The notes under the pieces: model-generated | Told to the model about the DNA's origin: nothing | Databases searched by the model: none | The model's input: the letters and a program-made list of their open reading frames with translations, nothing else | Shown here: piece by piece, positions 30,687 through 39,420 of the stretch | Layout of the letters: each line of letters begins with the position of its first letter | How positions within the stretch are numbered: position 1 is the first letter of the stretch | Position numbers and translations under genes: made by a program | Assembly (NCBI GenBank): GCA_965223265.1 | Contig: OZ244999.1 | Location: forward strand, 8,640,001 to 8,704,000 | DNA from: Planctomycetota bacterium | GTDB taxonomy: Bacteria; Planctomycetota; UBA8108; SXIK01 | Direction: 5' to 3' | Length of the DNA stretch: 64,000 nucleotides

Positions 30687-32147
30687 CTACGCCAGTCTCG
30701 GCATCACAAACGGCGCCCGGTATTCGCGCGTGAGCATGCGGTTGGCTTCTGGGTCGTCCAGGATTCGCTCGTCTTTAGGGTCGAACTCGAGCGTTCGACC
30801 GAGTCGGTACTTGACGTCCTCGAGCTTGAGGCCAACCCCGTTGCCGAGGTTGTTCTCCAGTGCTGCGAACGTGTCGTGCACAACCTTGTTGTCACCGAAC
30901 GCTTTGGCCTTTTTGTTGAATGGAACAAGGTCGCCCAGGCGGTAGGAGATGTTGGCCAGGTGGCATAGCGAGCTCGAGTAGTGACCGTCGAGCGCGGTGG
31001 CGTTGAGGTCACTCTCGCGTCGGCTGCGCACGGCGACGATAAAGCTGCCAAACGTGCCGCCGGGCGTCACGCTGGCATCGACGTCGACGAGATCCTCGCC
31101 CTCGTCCTTGCCCTTCGGGTAGAACTTGCCGCGCGTGATCATTCCTTCTTCGGTGTAGTACTCGTTTTGGACTTTGCGAGTATCCTTCGACGGCTCGCCG
31201 ACAAGTCCACGAACTTCGAAGACGAGGAGCACGTCGCCATACTGGAACACAGCCATTTGCGTGTTCGGCGTCTCGCCTTGATCGTCGTAGGCGAAACGAC
31301 CTCCCAGGCTCCATACCTTCGTCGGCATCGTTGCGCCTCTGATCGCCCAGCGCGCGACATCCATCTCGTGGACGCCCTGGTTGCCGACGTCACCGTTGCC
31401 GGTGTCCCAAAACCAGTGCCAGTTATAGTGCACGAGGTTGCCGTGGTAGGGCTGCTCCTTCGCCGGTCCGAGCCAGAGATCAAAGTCGAGGTGAGCGGGT
31501 GGCTTCTCGTGGGGTTTGTTACCGATACTCCAGCGCGGTTTGCAGCAGTAACCCTTGGAGACGAGGAGCTTGCCATACCTGCCGGACTGAACCGCGGCGA
31601 TCTCTTTAGCTCGTGCCAAGCTGCTGCGCTGCTGCGTCCCATGCTGGACGATGCGGTTGTGGAGCCGCGCCATCTCGGCGACGATCCGCCCTTCGAAGAC
31701 GTTGTGGCTCATCGGTTTTTCAACGTAAACGTCTTTGCCGGCTTGACACGCCCAAATCGTCATCAGCGAGTGCCAATGATTGCAGGTGGCGATCGAGAGA
31801 GCGTCCACGCTTTTCTCTTCGAGGGCGCGACGTACGTCTTGCACGCATGTCGGGACGTTACCTCCCGCTTCTTCGACGAGTTTTTGGCGCGAATCGAAGA
31901 GGCTGCTGTCCGGGTCGATGAGTTGACTGACTTCAACCCCATCGTCCTTCATCTCAGCAAACGACTTCATGTGGCTGCGGCCGCGACCGCGGATGCCGGC
32001 AACAGCGATGGAGATCCTATCGTTCGCGCCGAGCGCACGCGCATAAGTCCTCGCGTCAACGAGCGCCAGCGACGTCAGCGCGGCACCAGCCGCAGTCTTC
32101 TTCAAAAAAGCGCGTCGGGTGTGAAAACGGTCGGCATACTGCGACAT
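30687..32147 (-). CDS. Tat-exported Gfo/Idh/MocA oxidoreductase
   Basis: TRRAFLK Tat motif; ANDRISIAVAG, IATCNHWH, GKDVYVEKP, GTQQRS, DLWLGPA, GNQGVHEMD. Confidence 0.92.
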   Translation of the reverse strand: MSQYADRFHTRRAFLKKTAAGAALTSLALVDARTYARALGANDRISIAVAGIRGRGRSHMKSFAEMKDDGVEVSQLIDPDSSLFDSRQKLVEEAGGNVPTCVQDVRRALEEKSVDALSIATCNHWHSLMTIWACQAGKDVYVEKPMSHNVFEGRIVAEMARLHNRIVQHGTQQRSSLARAKEIAAVQSGRYGKLLVSKGYCCKPRWSIGNKPHEKPPAHLDFDLWLGPAKEQPYHGNLVHYNWHWFWDTGNGDVGNQGVHEMDVARWAIRGATMPTKVWSLGGRFAYDDQGETPNTQMAVFQYGDVLLVFEVRGLVGEPSKDTRKVQNEYYTEEGMITRGKFYPKGKDEGEDLVDVDASVTPGGTFGSFIVAVRSRRESDLNATALDGHYSSSLCHLANISYRLGDLVPFNKKAKAFGDNKVVHDTFAALENNLGNGVGLKLEDVKYRLGRTLEFDPKDERILDDPEANRMLTREYRAPFVMPRLA

Positions 32148-32347
32148 GAGAGAACCCCCCTTGGCGGTTGTCGGCTAGAATCATTCCCTCCATTACAATC
32201 GACCCTGCGGGTGTATGTCCACCGGCGAGTCCCTTCTCGCCGGCAGCAGAGCTGCTGTCCGCCATGCAACCTTTGAGAAATCGTTGCAGTCCGCGTACCA
32301 TGTGGGACGCATAAAAACTGGACACGTCTCATCTTCGGAGTTTTGAC

Positions 32348-33394
32348 ATGGCAACCATCAAGGGTCCGGCTGTCTTCCTCGCTCAGTTCATGCGCGATGT
32401 TGAGCCGTTCAACAGTATCGATGCCATCGGCCGCTGGTTCGCAGACATGGGCTACAAGGGCGTTCAGATTCCCGGTTGGGACCCGCGCGCTATCGACATC
32501 GACAAAGCGGCAACGTCCAAGACATACTGCGACGAGTATCAAGGAAAACTGCGCGCCTTGGGGCTGGAGATTACCGAAGTGACGGGGTATCTCGCCGGCC
32601 AGGTGCTCGCGATGCATCCGGCTTACGAGCAGCTGTTTGCGGGCTTTCACCCGCCGGGGCTCAAAGGGCGTGAGCGCACCGAGTGGGCGACGGAGGAGCT
32701 CAAGAAGTGCGTCCATGCTTCCGTAAATTTTGGCGTCACATGCATCCCGGTTCTTTCCGGGTCGTTTGCTTGGCACATGGTTTATCCGTGGCCGCAGCGA
32801 CCGGCTGGCATCGTTGAGGAGGCGTTTAACGAGCTCGCTCGCGTATGGCGCCCGATCCTCGACTTGGCGCACGAAAACGGATGCAACATCGGGTTCGAGC
32901 TCCATCCGGGATCGGACATCTTCGACGGCGCCACGTTCGAACGATTCCTCGACGTGACGAACAACCATCCGGCCGCCTGCCTCAACTACGATCCAAGCCA
33001 CTTCCTCCTGCAACAACTCGACTACTTGGATTTCATCAAGCTCTACGGTGAACGCATCAAGGGCTTTCACGTCAAGGACGCGGAGTTTCGACCATCGGGT
33101 CGCGTCGGCGTCTACGGTGGGTACGAGTCTTGGGTGGGGCGCGCCGGTCGTTTTCGTTCGCTCGGCGACGGGCAAGTCGACTTCAGTCGCGTCTTCACGC
33201 TGATGACCGAGGCAGGGTTCGACGGTTGGGCCGTGCTCGAGTGGGAGTGCTGCTTGAAGAGCCCGGATCAGGGGGCGCGGGAGGGGGCGCCGTTTATCGA
33301 GCGCCACATCATCGAATCGACTGAAGTGACATTCGACGATTTTGCCGGCGGCAGCGACGTCGCTCAGAATCGGCGCATTCTCGGGCTTGACTGA
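32348..33394 (+). CDS. Sugar phosphate isomerase/epimerase (TIM barrel)
   Basis: GPAVFLAQF, FELHPG, NYDPSH, FHVKDAEF, FRSLGDGQVD, VLEWEC. Confidence 0.9.
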   Translation: MATIKGPAVFLAQFMRDVEPFNSIDAIGRWFADMGYKGVQIPGWDPRAIDIDKAATSKTYCDEYQGKLRALGLEITEVTGYLAGQVLAMHPAYEQLFAGFHPPGLKGRERTEWATEELKKCVHASVNFGVTCIPVLSGSFAWHMVYPWPQRPAGIVEEAFNELARVWRPILDLAHENGCNIGFELHPGSDIFDGATFERFLDVTNNHPAACLNYDPSHFLLQQLDYLDFIKLYGERIKGFHVKDAEFRPSGRVGVYGGYESWVGRAGRFRSLGDGQVDFSRVFTLMTEAGFDGWAVLEWECCLKSPDQGAREGAPFIERHIIESTEVTFDDFAGGSDVAQNRRILGLD

Positions 33395-33482
33395 GCGCGA
33401 GAATACAGAACACGGGAATTCAGAACTAACCAGCGATCGGTGCGCGTCGATGCGCGTCGCTCGAGAGAATCTGAGGACGCTT

Positions 33483-34646
33483 ATGGATTCGTGGAAACGA
33501 AAACTTCGTATGGGAATGGTGGGAGGCGGCCAGGGTGCGTTCATCGGTGGTGTGCATCGAGTTGCTGCGACGCTCGACCAGCAAGCTGAGTTGGTGGCCG
33601 GTTCTTTTTCGCGCGACGCGGAGAACACCCGGATCACAGGAGAGCAGCTCTATCTCGATCCCAAGCGCTGCTACGCGACCTACGAGGAAATGGCGCGGGC
33701 TGAGTCACAGCTGCCCGAGGGCGAGCGAATCGACTTCGTCAGTATCGTGACACCGAACGCTTCGCATTTCCCGATTGCCAAAACTTTTCTCGACGCTGGC
33801 TTTCATGTCGTTTGCGACAAGCCAATGACCTACACACTCGACGAAGCGGAAGAGTTGGCGAAGATCGTCGAAAAATCTGGCAAGGTTTTCGCGGTGACGC
33901 ACAACTACACGGGACATCCACTTGTGCGTCACATGCGACACCTGTTTGAGTCGGGATCAATGGGACAAGTTCGCAAGGTCGTGGTCGAGTACCTGCAAGA
34001 CTTTCTCATGGTGCCGCACGAGAAGCTGGGGCAGAAACAGGCGGCATGGCGCGTCGACCCAGCGCAGTCGGGGATCGGCGGTACGCTCGGTGATGTCGGT
34101 ACGCACTGTGTCAATCTGCTTGAGTACGTCACCCAAGACCCGATCAGCGAGCTGTGTGCAGATCGCAGTACCTTTCTTCCGGACCGCACCCTTGATGAAG
34201 ACGTCAACGCGCTGCTTCGATTCCAAGGCGGTGGTAAGGGCGTCTTGACGATCAGTCAGGTGTCGACGGGCGAAGAGAACGGGCTGAAGCTACGAGTCTA
34301 TGGCTCCGAGGGCGCCGTGCTTTGGGCACAAGAGAACCCGAACTACCTTGAGCTCTATCGCTACGGTGAACCGCGCCAGATGTTGACTCGCGGGCAAGGG
34401 TATCTGTCCGACGTTGCGAATGCGTGCACCCGAGTTCCGACCGGTCACCCCGAAGGCTACCTGGAAGCGTTCGCGACGATTTACTGTGGTGTCGTCGAAG
34501 CGGTTCGCAGCTATATCGACGGCAAGCCGCTACGCACTGAGGAGTACAACTTTCCGACGGTCTATGACGGCCTTCGCGGCATGCAGTTCATCTACAAGGC
34601 AGTAGAGTCCTGCGAGAAGGGAAGTACCTGGGTGAAGATGTCGTAG
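33483..34646 (+). CDS. Gfo/Idh/MocA oxidoreductase
   Basis: GMVGGGQGAFIG, IVTPN, VVCDKP, GDVGTH, GHPEGYLEAFA. Start set to ATG 33483. Confidence 0.92.
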   Translation: MDSWKRKLRMGMVGGGQGAFIGGVHRVAATLDQQAELVAGSFSRDAENTRITGEQLYLDPKRCYATYEEMARAESQLPEGERIDFVSIVTPNASHFPIAKTFLDAGFHVVCDKPMTYTLDEAEELAKIVEKSGKVFAVTHNYTGHPLVRHMRHLFESGSMGQVRKVVVEYLQDFLMVPHEKLGQKQAAWRVDPAQSGIGGTLGDVGTHCVNLLEYVTQDPISELCADRSTFLPDRTLDEDVNALLRFQGGGKGVLTISQVSTGEENGLKLRVYGSEGAVLWAQENPNYLELYRYGEPRQMLTRGQGYLSDVANACTRVPTGHPEGYLEAFATIYCGVVEAVRSYIDGKPLRTEEYNFPTVYDGLRGMQFIYKAVESCEKGSTWVKMS

Positions 34647-34670
34647 GTCGAGTGCAGCTGGAGTCGAGCC

Positions 34671-35450
34671 GTGCCGAGCGTGCACAAGCGAGCCCTGGTG
34701 ACGGGTGCGAGTAAAGGAGTGGGACGCGGCATCGCCGTGGCGCTGGCGTCGGCGGGCTGGGACGTTGGCATCAACTTCAATGCCGATGCGACCGGTGCCG
34801 AAACGACTGCCGAGCGTGTGCGATCGTTGGGGCGGCGCTCCTGGCTTCTTGGTGGCGACGTCGGAGACGGGGCGACGGTAGGGCGCATTTTCGATAGGTT
34901 TTGCGCCGATGCCGGTGGGATCGAACTCCTGGTGAACAATGCTGGCGTTCAGACCTGGGCGCCCTTTCTCGAGCTGAGTGAGTCGGATTGGGATCGAACG
35001 ATCCGGACCAACCTGAAAGGGACGTTTCTTTGCAGTCAGAGAGCCGCTCTCCTCATGCGGGAGAGCGGTGGTGGTTCGATCATCAATATCGGCTCCGGCG
35101 CCAACAAAGCGCCATTTCCCAACCTGAGCGATTACTGCGCGTCGAAGGGAGGTATCGAAGCACTCACGCGGGTAACGGCAGTCGAGCTGGGCCCCCACGG
35201 CATTCGGGTCAATTGCGTTGCGCCGGGCTGCATCGAGATCGAGCGCACACAAGAGGAGGACCCGGACTACTCGGGGACATGGAGCCGCGAGACGCCGCTG
35301 CGTCGTATCGGCTATGTCGAGGACGTCGGCGCCGCCGTCGTCTACCTTGCGGGTGAGACGGCGAGTTTCATCACCGGCCAAACCCTGTATATTGACGGCG
35401 GCCTTTGGAGCCAAATCCCCTGGCCGTATGGTCGACGGGACGATAGCTGA
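34671..35450 (+). CDS. SDR family oxidoreductase
   Basis: TGASKGVG, NNAG, YCASKGG (YxxxK), ITGQTLYIDGG. Confidence 0.92.
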   Translation: MPSVHKRALVTGASKGVGRGIAVALASAGWDVGINFNADATGAETTAERVRSLGRRSWLLGGDVGDGATVGRIFDRFCADAGGIELLVNNAGVQTWAPFLELSESDWDRTIRTNLKGTFLCSQRAALLMRESGGGSIINIGSGANKAPFPNLSDYCASKGGIEALTRVTAVELGPHGIRVNCVAPGCIEIERTQEEDPDYSGTWSRETPLRRIGYVEDVGAAVVYLAGETASFITGQTLYIDGGLWSQIPWPYGRRDDS

Positions 35451-35464
35451 ACGAAAGGAAGAGT

Positions 35465-35926
35465 ATGGTTGAAAAGAAGGTGGAGAGAATTCCGAGTTTG
35501 GAGAACGATCTCGCGACGCTCCTCGCTGAGCACACACGAGAGCTGCTGGGCGGCGAGGTCTCGGCGCTGGCCGAGTCCGAAGGTATCTCCTCTGAGGACA
35601 CCTTGCGCTACATGTCGTTGAGTGCGCACGTGATCGACGCTCGCGAAGAACGCGGTCTAAGCATTCGTGATGTGTCGCGTCGGTTGCGCGTTGCCCAGTA
35701 TCGATTGCGCGCCGTTGAAGAAGGATCCTTCGGGCAGATTCAGGCAGATGCATTCGCGAAGTACGTCGATTTTCTTTCTGTCAGCACCTTTGTTTTTTCC
35801 TGGGTCGACAACAATCCTGAACTGGCTGAGCGCGCAGGCGTCGGTGCTGGCGCGCGTCGGCTGAAAGAGCGGCGCGCATGGCATTCACGCAGACGTCGGC
35901 GCGTCGCCGAACGTGAGACGAAATGA
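35465..35926 (+). CDS. Xre-type helix-turn-helix protein
   Basis: AREERGLSIRDVSRRLRVAQYRLRAVEEG; AAAGGA SD; 4-bp overlap with the next gene. Confidence 0.65.
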   Translation: MVEKKVERIPSLENDLATLLAEHTRELLGGEVSALAESEGISSEDTLRYMSLSAHVIDAREERGLSIRDVSRRLRVAQYRLRAVEEGSFGQIQADAFAKYVDFLSVSTFVFSWVDNNPELAERAGVGAGARRLKERRAWHSRRRRRVAERETK

Positions 35927-36681
35927 AGAACAAACTGAAGGAGAAGCTTTCGCGCGGTGAGGTGGCCGTCGGTAGCTTCGTATACGTACCGTCCTCCAAG
36001 TTGACGGAAATTGTTGGTTGGACCGGATTCGACTTCGTTGTCGTGGACATGGAGCACGGCCCTGTGGACACGTCGATCGCTGAGGACATGGTACGCGCCG
36101 CCGAGCACAGCGGCGCGACGCCGATCATCCGCGTCTCCCACAACTCGCCGCATCTGATCCTGCGCGCGTTCGACGTTGGTGCCCACGCGATTCACGTCCC
36201 AGAGATCAACACCGCGGAGGAAGCGCGCGCCGCGGCTGCTAGCGCCCGCTACGGCCCGATCGGACATCGCGGGCTCGCCGGTGTGCGCGCCGCCAAGCAT
36301 GGTCTTGCCGGTTCGTTGTCGGAATACGCGCAGCGTGCCAACGAGGAAGTCATGGTCATCGCTCACATAGAGCACGTGCGGGCGGTCGAGAACCTCGATG
36401 ATCTCTTGGCGGTCGACGGCATCGACGTTTACTACCTCGGACCGGAGGACCTTTCGAACAGCCTCGGGATTCCCGGTAAGAGCAAGGATCCCAAGGTCGT
36501 TTCGCTTGTGGAAGAGTCGATTCAACGCATCGCCGCTGCCGGCAAAGTCGCCGGCTGCATCGCGGCGGACGTGCCGACGGCGCGGCGCTATCGGGAGCTT
36601 GGCGCGCTCTACATCGCGTCCCACGCGATCAAGTTCATGGCGCAGGGATCGAGGGCCTTTATGTCAGAGGTGCGCGCATGA
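35923..36681 (+). CDS. HpcH/HpaI-family class II aldolase
   Basis: GFDFVVVDMEHG, RYGPIGHRG, HIEH, GPEDLS. Confidence 0.9.
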   Translation: MKNKLKEKLSRGEVAVGSFVYVPSSKLTEIVGWTGFDFVVVDMEHGPVDTSIAEDMVRAAEHSGATPIIRVSHNSPHLILRAFDVGAHAIHVPEINTAEEARAAAASARYGPIGHRGLAGVRAAKHGLAGSLSEYAQRANEEVMVIAHIEHVRAVENLDDLLAVDGIDVYYLGPEDLSNSLGIPGKSKDPKVVSLVEESIQRIAAAGKVAGCIAADVPTARRYRELGALYIASHAIKFMAQGSRAFMSEVRA

Positions 36682-37508
36682 GCGGCGGCGAAATCAGGAA
36701 CGATGGTCTTCGTGGGCTGCGCGCCATCGTCACGGGCGCGGCGCAGGGGCTTGGACTTGGAATCGCCGAGGAGCTCGCGCGTCGCGGTGCGGCCGTGCTG
36801 ATCGCGGACGTGCAGGCAGACAAGGCGGCAGCGGCGGCGAAGGGGCTTAGCGACTCTGGGCTCAGCGTCGAGTCGACGGCGTTGGATATCACGAACAGCG
36901 CCCAGGTGGCGGCGGTGTTCGGCGAGTTTGCGTCAAAAGAGGGGCTCGACATCGTAGTCAACAACGCGGGCAGCGGACAGAAGGTTGCCTCGGTGTCTGA
37001 GCTTTCGGATGAAGAATGGGCGCGCGTCATCAACATCACGCTGACGGGCACTTTTTACTGCGCGCGCGAAGCTGCCCGCATCATGGAGCGCAGAGAGAGC
37101 GGTGCGATCGTCAACGTTGCCTCGATCAACGGCCAAGAAGCAGCGGCGCAAGTCGCAGCGTACAACGTCGCCAAAGCCGGAGTCATCAGCTTGACCCGTA
37201 CCATGGCGCTCGAGCTCGCAGCTTATGGTGTACGCGTCAACGCGGTCAGCCCCGGGCCTGTCTACACCGATTTCAACCGCAGTGTCATGGCGCAGCGCTC
37301 CGAGAGTCTCGGCATCGGCGAGGATCAAATGATCGAACGCGTGCGCACTGCGATCCCGCTCGGCCGTTGGGGTGAACCCGTGGACATCGCCCGGGCGGTC
37401 GCTTTTCTGGCCGGCCCGGAGTCTGCGTGGATCACCGGTGAAACGATTCCCGTCAGCGGTGGACTCCGTGGCGTCTCTGCCGCGCCGCCGAAGCGTCCAA
37501 AGAAGTGA
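36678..37508 (+). CDS. SDR family oxidoreductase
   Basis: TGAAQGLG, NNAG, YNVAKAG, VNAVSPG, PLGRWG. Confidence 0.92.
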   Translation: MSGGEIRNDGLRGLRAIVTGAAQGLGLGIAEELARRGAAVLIADVQADKAAAAAKGLSDSGLSVESTALDITNSAQVAAVFGEFASKEGLDIVVNNAGSGQKVASVSELSDEEWARVINITLTGTFYCAREAARIMERRESGAIVNVASINGQEAAAQVAAYNVAKAGVISLTRTMALELAAYGVRVNAVSPGPVYTDFNRSVMAQRSESLGIGEDQMIERVRTAIPLGRWGEPVDIARAVAFLAGPESAWITGETIPVSGGLRGVSAAPPKRPKK

Positions 37509-37580
37509 CGTAGTTCTGGATCTCTTGGGAGTCTGTCGAGATGGCTTTTTTTAACTTCGCCTGAAGCATTGGAGTGCTCA

Positions 37581-37955
37581 ATGAAACCGTTATCGCTCAT
37601 CGGTGCTATCGTCGGCGGTGCCATCGGCGCAGTCGCTTGGGGATTGATTACGAAGTACACCAATTATGAAGTCGGTTTCGTTGCCTGGGGCATCGGGCTC
37701 TTGGTTGGCTTCGGCGCTTTGCTTCTCGGTGGTGGAGGGAAGGCGAATGGGATTGCATGCGCCATCATCGCGGCCGTTGCCATCTTCGCGGGCAAGATGC
37801 TGAGCGTCACATTTGTGAATCCCGACATTGGCTTCAACGAGAACTTGGAGGCTGTGAAGAGCAATCTCGGTCCCATCGACGCGCTCTTTTTCGGCCTCGG
37901 AGTTGTGACTGCGTTTCAGGTCGGCTCGCGGTCGTCGCGCTCGTCAGACGATTGA
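37581..37955 (+). CDS. Small Gly-rich membrane protein
   Basis: Four hydrophobic segments; GGAG SD before ATG 37581. Confidence 0.7.
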   Translation: MKPLSLIGAIVGGAIGAVAWGLITKYTNYEVGFVAWGIGLLVGFGALLLGGGGKANGIACAIIAAVAIFAGKMLSVTFVNPDIGFNENLEAVKSNLGPIDALFFGLGVVTAFQVGSRSSRSSDD

Positions 37956-38000
37956 GGTGTAAGAGGGGCGCCCGCTGGCTCGAATAGAACGCTGGGCGCC

Positions 38001-38744
38001 TTACGGCACGCTTGCGGTTTTCGCTGGCGGCACGCTGGAATGGACGTGATTCGGTTTCCGCTCGCGCTCGAGGTCGATGACGTTTCGCAAGATGCTCTCG
38101 GCGATGTAGCGACCGTACGTTGTTCGGATCGTGTCGTGAAACGACGCTGTTGCGTCGGGGTCGTACGGAATGAGAAAGGGCGCTGCGAGGAGTGACGAAC
38201 CACCGTACCCGGGGACCCACCAACCGGTCGACGCCCAAAAGCCGCGTTCGAAGTCGCAGTGCCGGATGTCAAACGTCGTCGCGATCGTATCGCTGCGCGC
38301 GGCCGAACGGTCCTGTGGGTTGTAAATCGTATATGACGTCGGCACATCGCAGCGGTACACGTATCCGTTCCAGGCGTGACTGAAGAGAAGAAAGCCGGGG
38401 AACGTGATCAAGAAGTTCCATCCGGAGCCGTGAAACTCCGGCTGCGGGTCGAGTGCAAGGACGACGTCAGGCGTGAACTCTGCGTCGCTCACCTCCCACC
38501 GCCATCCCGTGCGAACTCGATCGACTGCAGGGTGGTTGCGTAGAGCTTCGACGACATGCTGAACAAATGGCGACTGATTGTCCTCGGGGTCGCGGCGTAG
38601 CAACGCAACGTTGTGGCGCCGCCCGAGCGTGTCGCCGGGGGAAGAGTGATAGTCGTCGAGGTTTTTCACCTGCATGGAATGCGTGCAGGCAACGAGAAAA
38701 AGCGGGGCGATGAGTGGGAGCGGGGCGAAGTTGCGCGTCTTCAT
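38001..38744 (-). CDS. Putative lipoprotein
   Basis: ATG 38744 behind GGAGG; lipobox-like LFLVAC. The (SA)n extension upstream in the ORF track is repeat DNA. Confidence 0.75.
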   Translation of the reverse strand: MKTRNFAPLPLIAPLFLVACTHSMQVKNLDDYHSSPGDTLGRRHNVALLRRDPEDNQSPFVQHVVEALRNHPAVDRVRTGWRWEVSDAEFTPDVVLALDPQPEFHGSGWNFLITFPGFLLFSHAWNGYVYRCDVPTSYTIYNPQDRSAARSDTIATTFDIRHCDFERGFWASTGWWVPGYGGSSLLAAPFLIPYDPDATASFHDTIRTTYGRYIAESILRNVIDLERERKPNHVHSSVPPAKTASVP

Positions 38745-38846
38745 GGAGCGACCTCCGTGCAGGATTCGTGGATGCTGGGGACTCGAAGAGGTGTCGACCG
38801 AAGGTCTGAACGGCAAAGGCACGTTGGGTGTGACAGAATTCTTTTT

Positions 38847-39096
38847 GGCAGAGGCAGAGGCGGAGGCAGAGGCGGAGGCAGAGGCGGAGGCAGAGGCGGA
38901 GGCAGAGGCGGAGGCAGAGGCGGAGGCAGAGGCGGAGGCAGACGGAGGCAGAGACACAGATAGGGAGTCAGAAGCGGACGCAGACTCAGAGTGCGCCCAC
39001 GCTCACGCCCACGCCCACGCCCACGCCCACGCCCACGCCCACGCCCACGCCCACGCTCACGCTCACGCTCACGCTCACGCCCACGCCCACGCCCAC
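38847..39096. repeat. Two-part hexamer repeat element 2
   Basis: 16 x GGC(A/G)GA (38847-38942), degenerate NNC(A/G)GA linker, junction GAGTGC (38989-38994), then 17 x GC(C/T)CAC (38995-39096). Confidence 0.95.
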
Positions 39097-39420
39097 GCAA
39101 AACCGGAACCGAGCCAGAACGTCGCCGACGCACTCGCACTCGTAGCCGCACTCGTCGCGAATCGAAGGCGGGATCCGGGGGGAGACCGACGCGAATGCGG
39201 TTCGCGGTGGAGTGAGTGAGCATTCGATGTCTCGTCCCGGGCCGCCGCACAGAAACCGAACCCGAGCTCCGGTCTGGACTCGCTCGCCGTTCCGTCGCGG
39301 TGCGGTCTCACACGACACTTGCAGTCATGATGTGTCATTCCCTTTGGTCGGCCGCCGGCTCTGTGGTAAGACGGAACGGAAGGACTCTTGTCAGCATCGC
39401 GGCGGAGGTGATCTGTTCTT

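Noticed and set aside
38674-39318. ORFs encoding (AE)n/(AH)n, (RG)n, (GV)n, (PR)n or (SA)n peptides, including a possible His-rich metal-binding peptide
   Set aside because: All frames stay open only because the hexamer repeats contain no stop codons. There is no convincing RBS and no protein-like flanking sequence.
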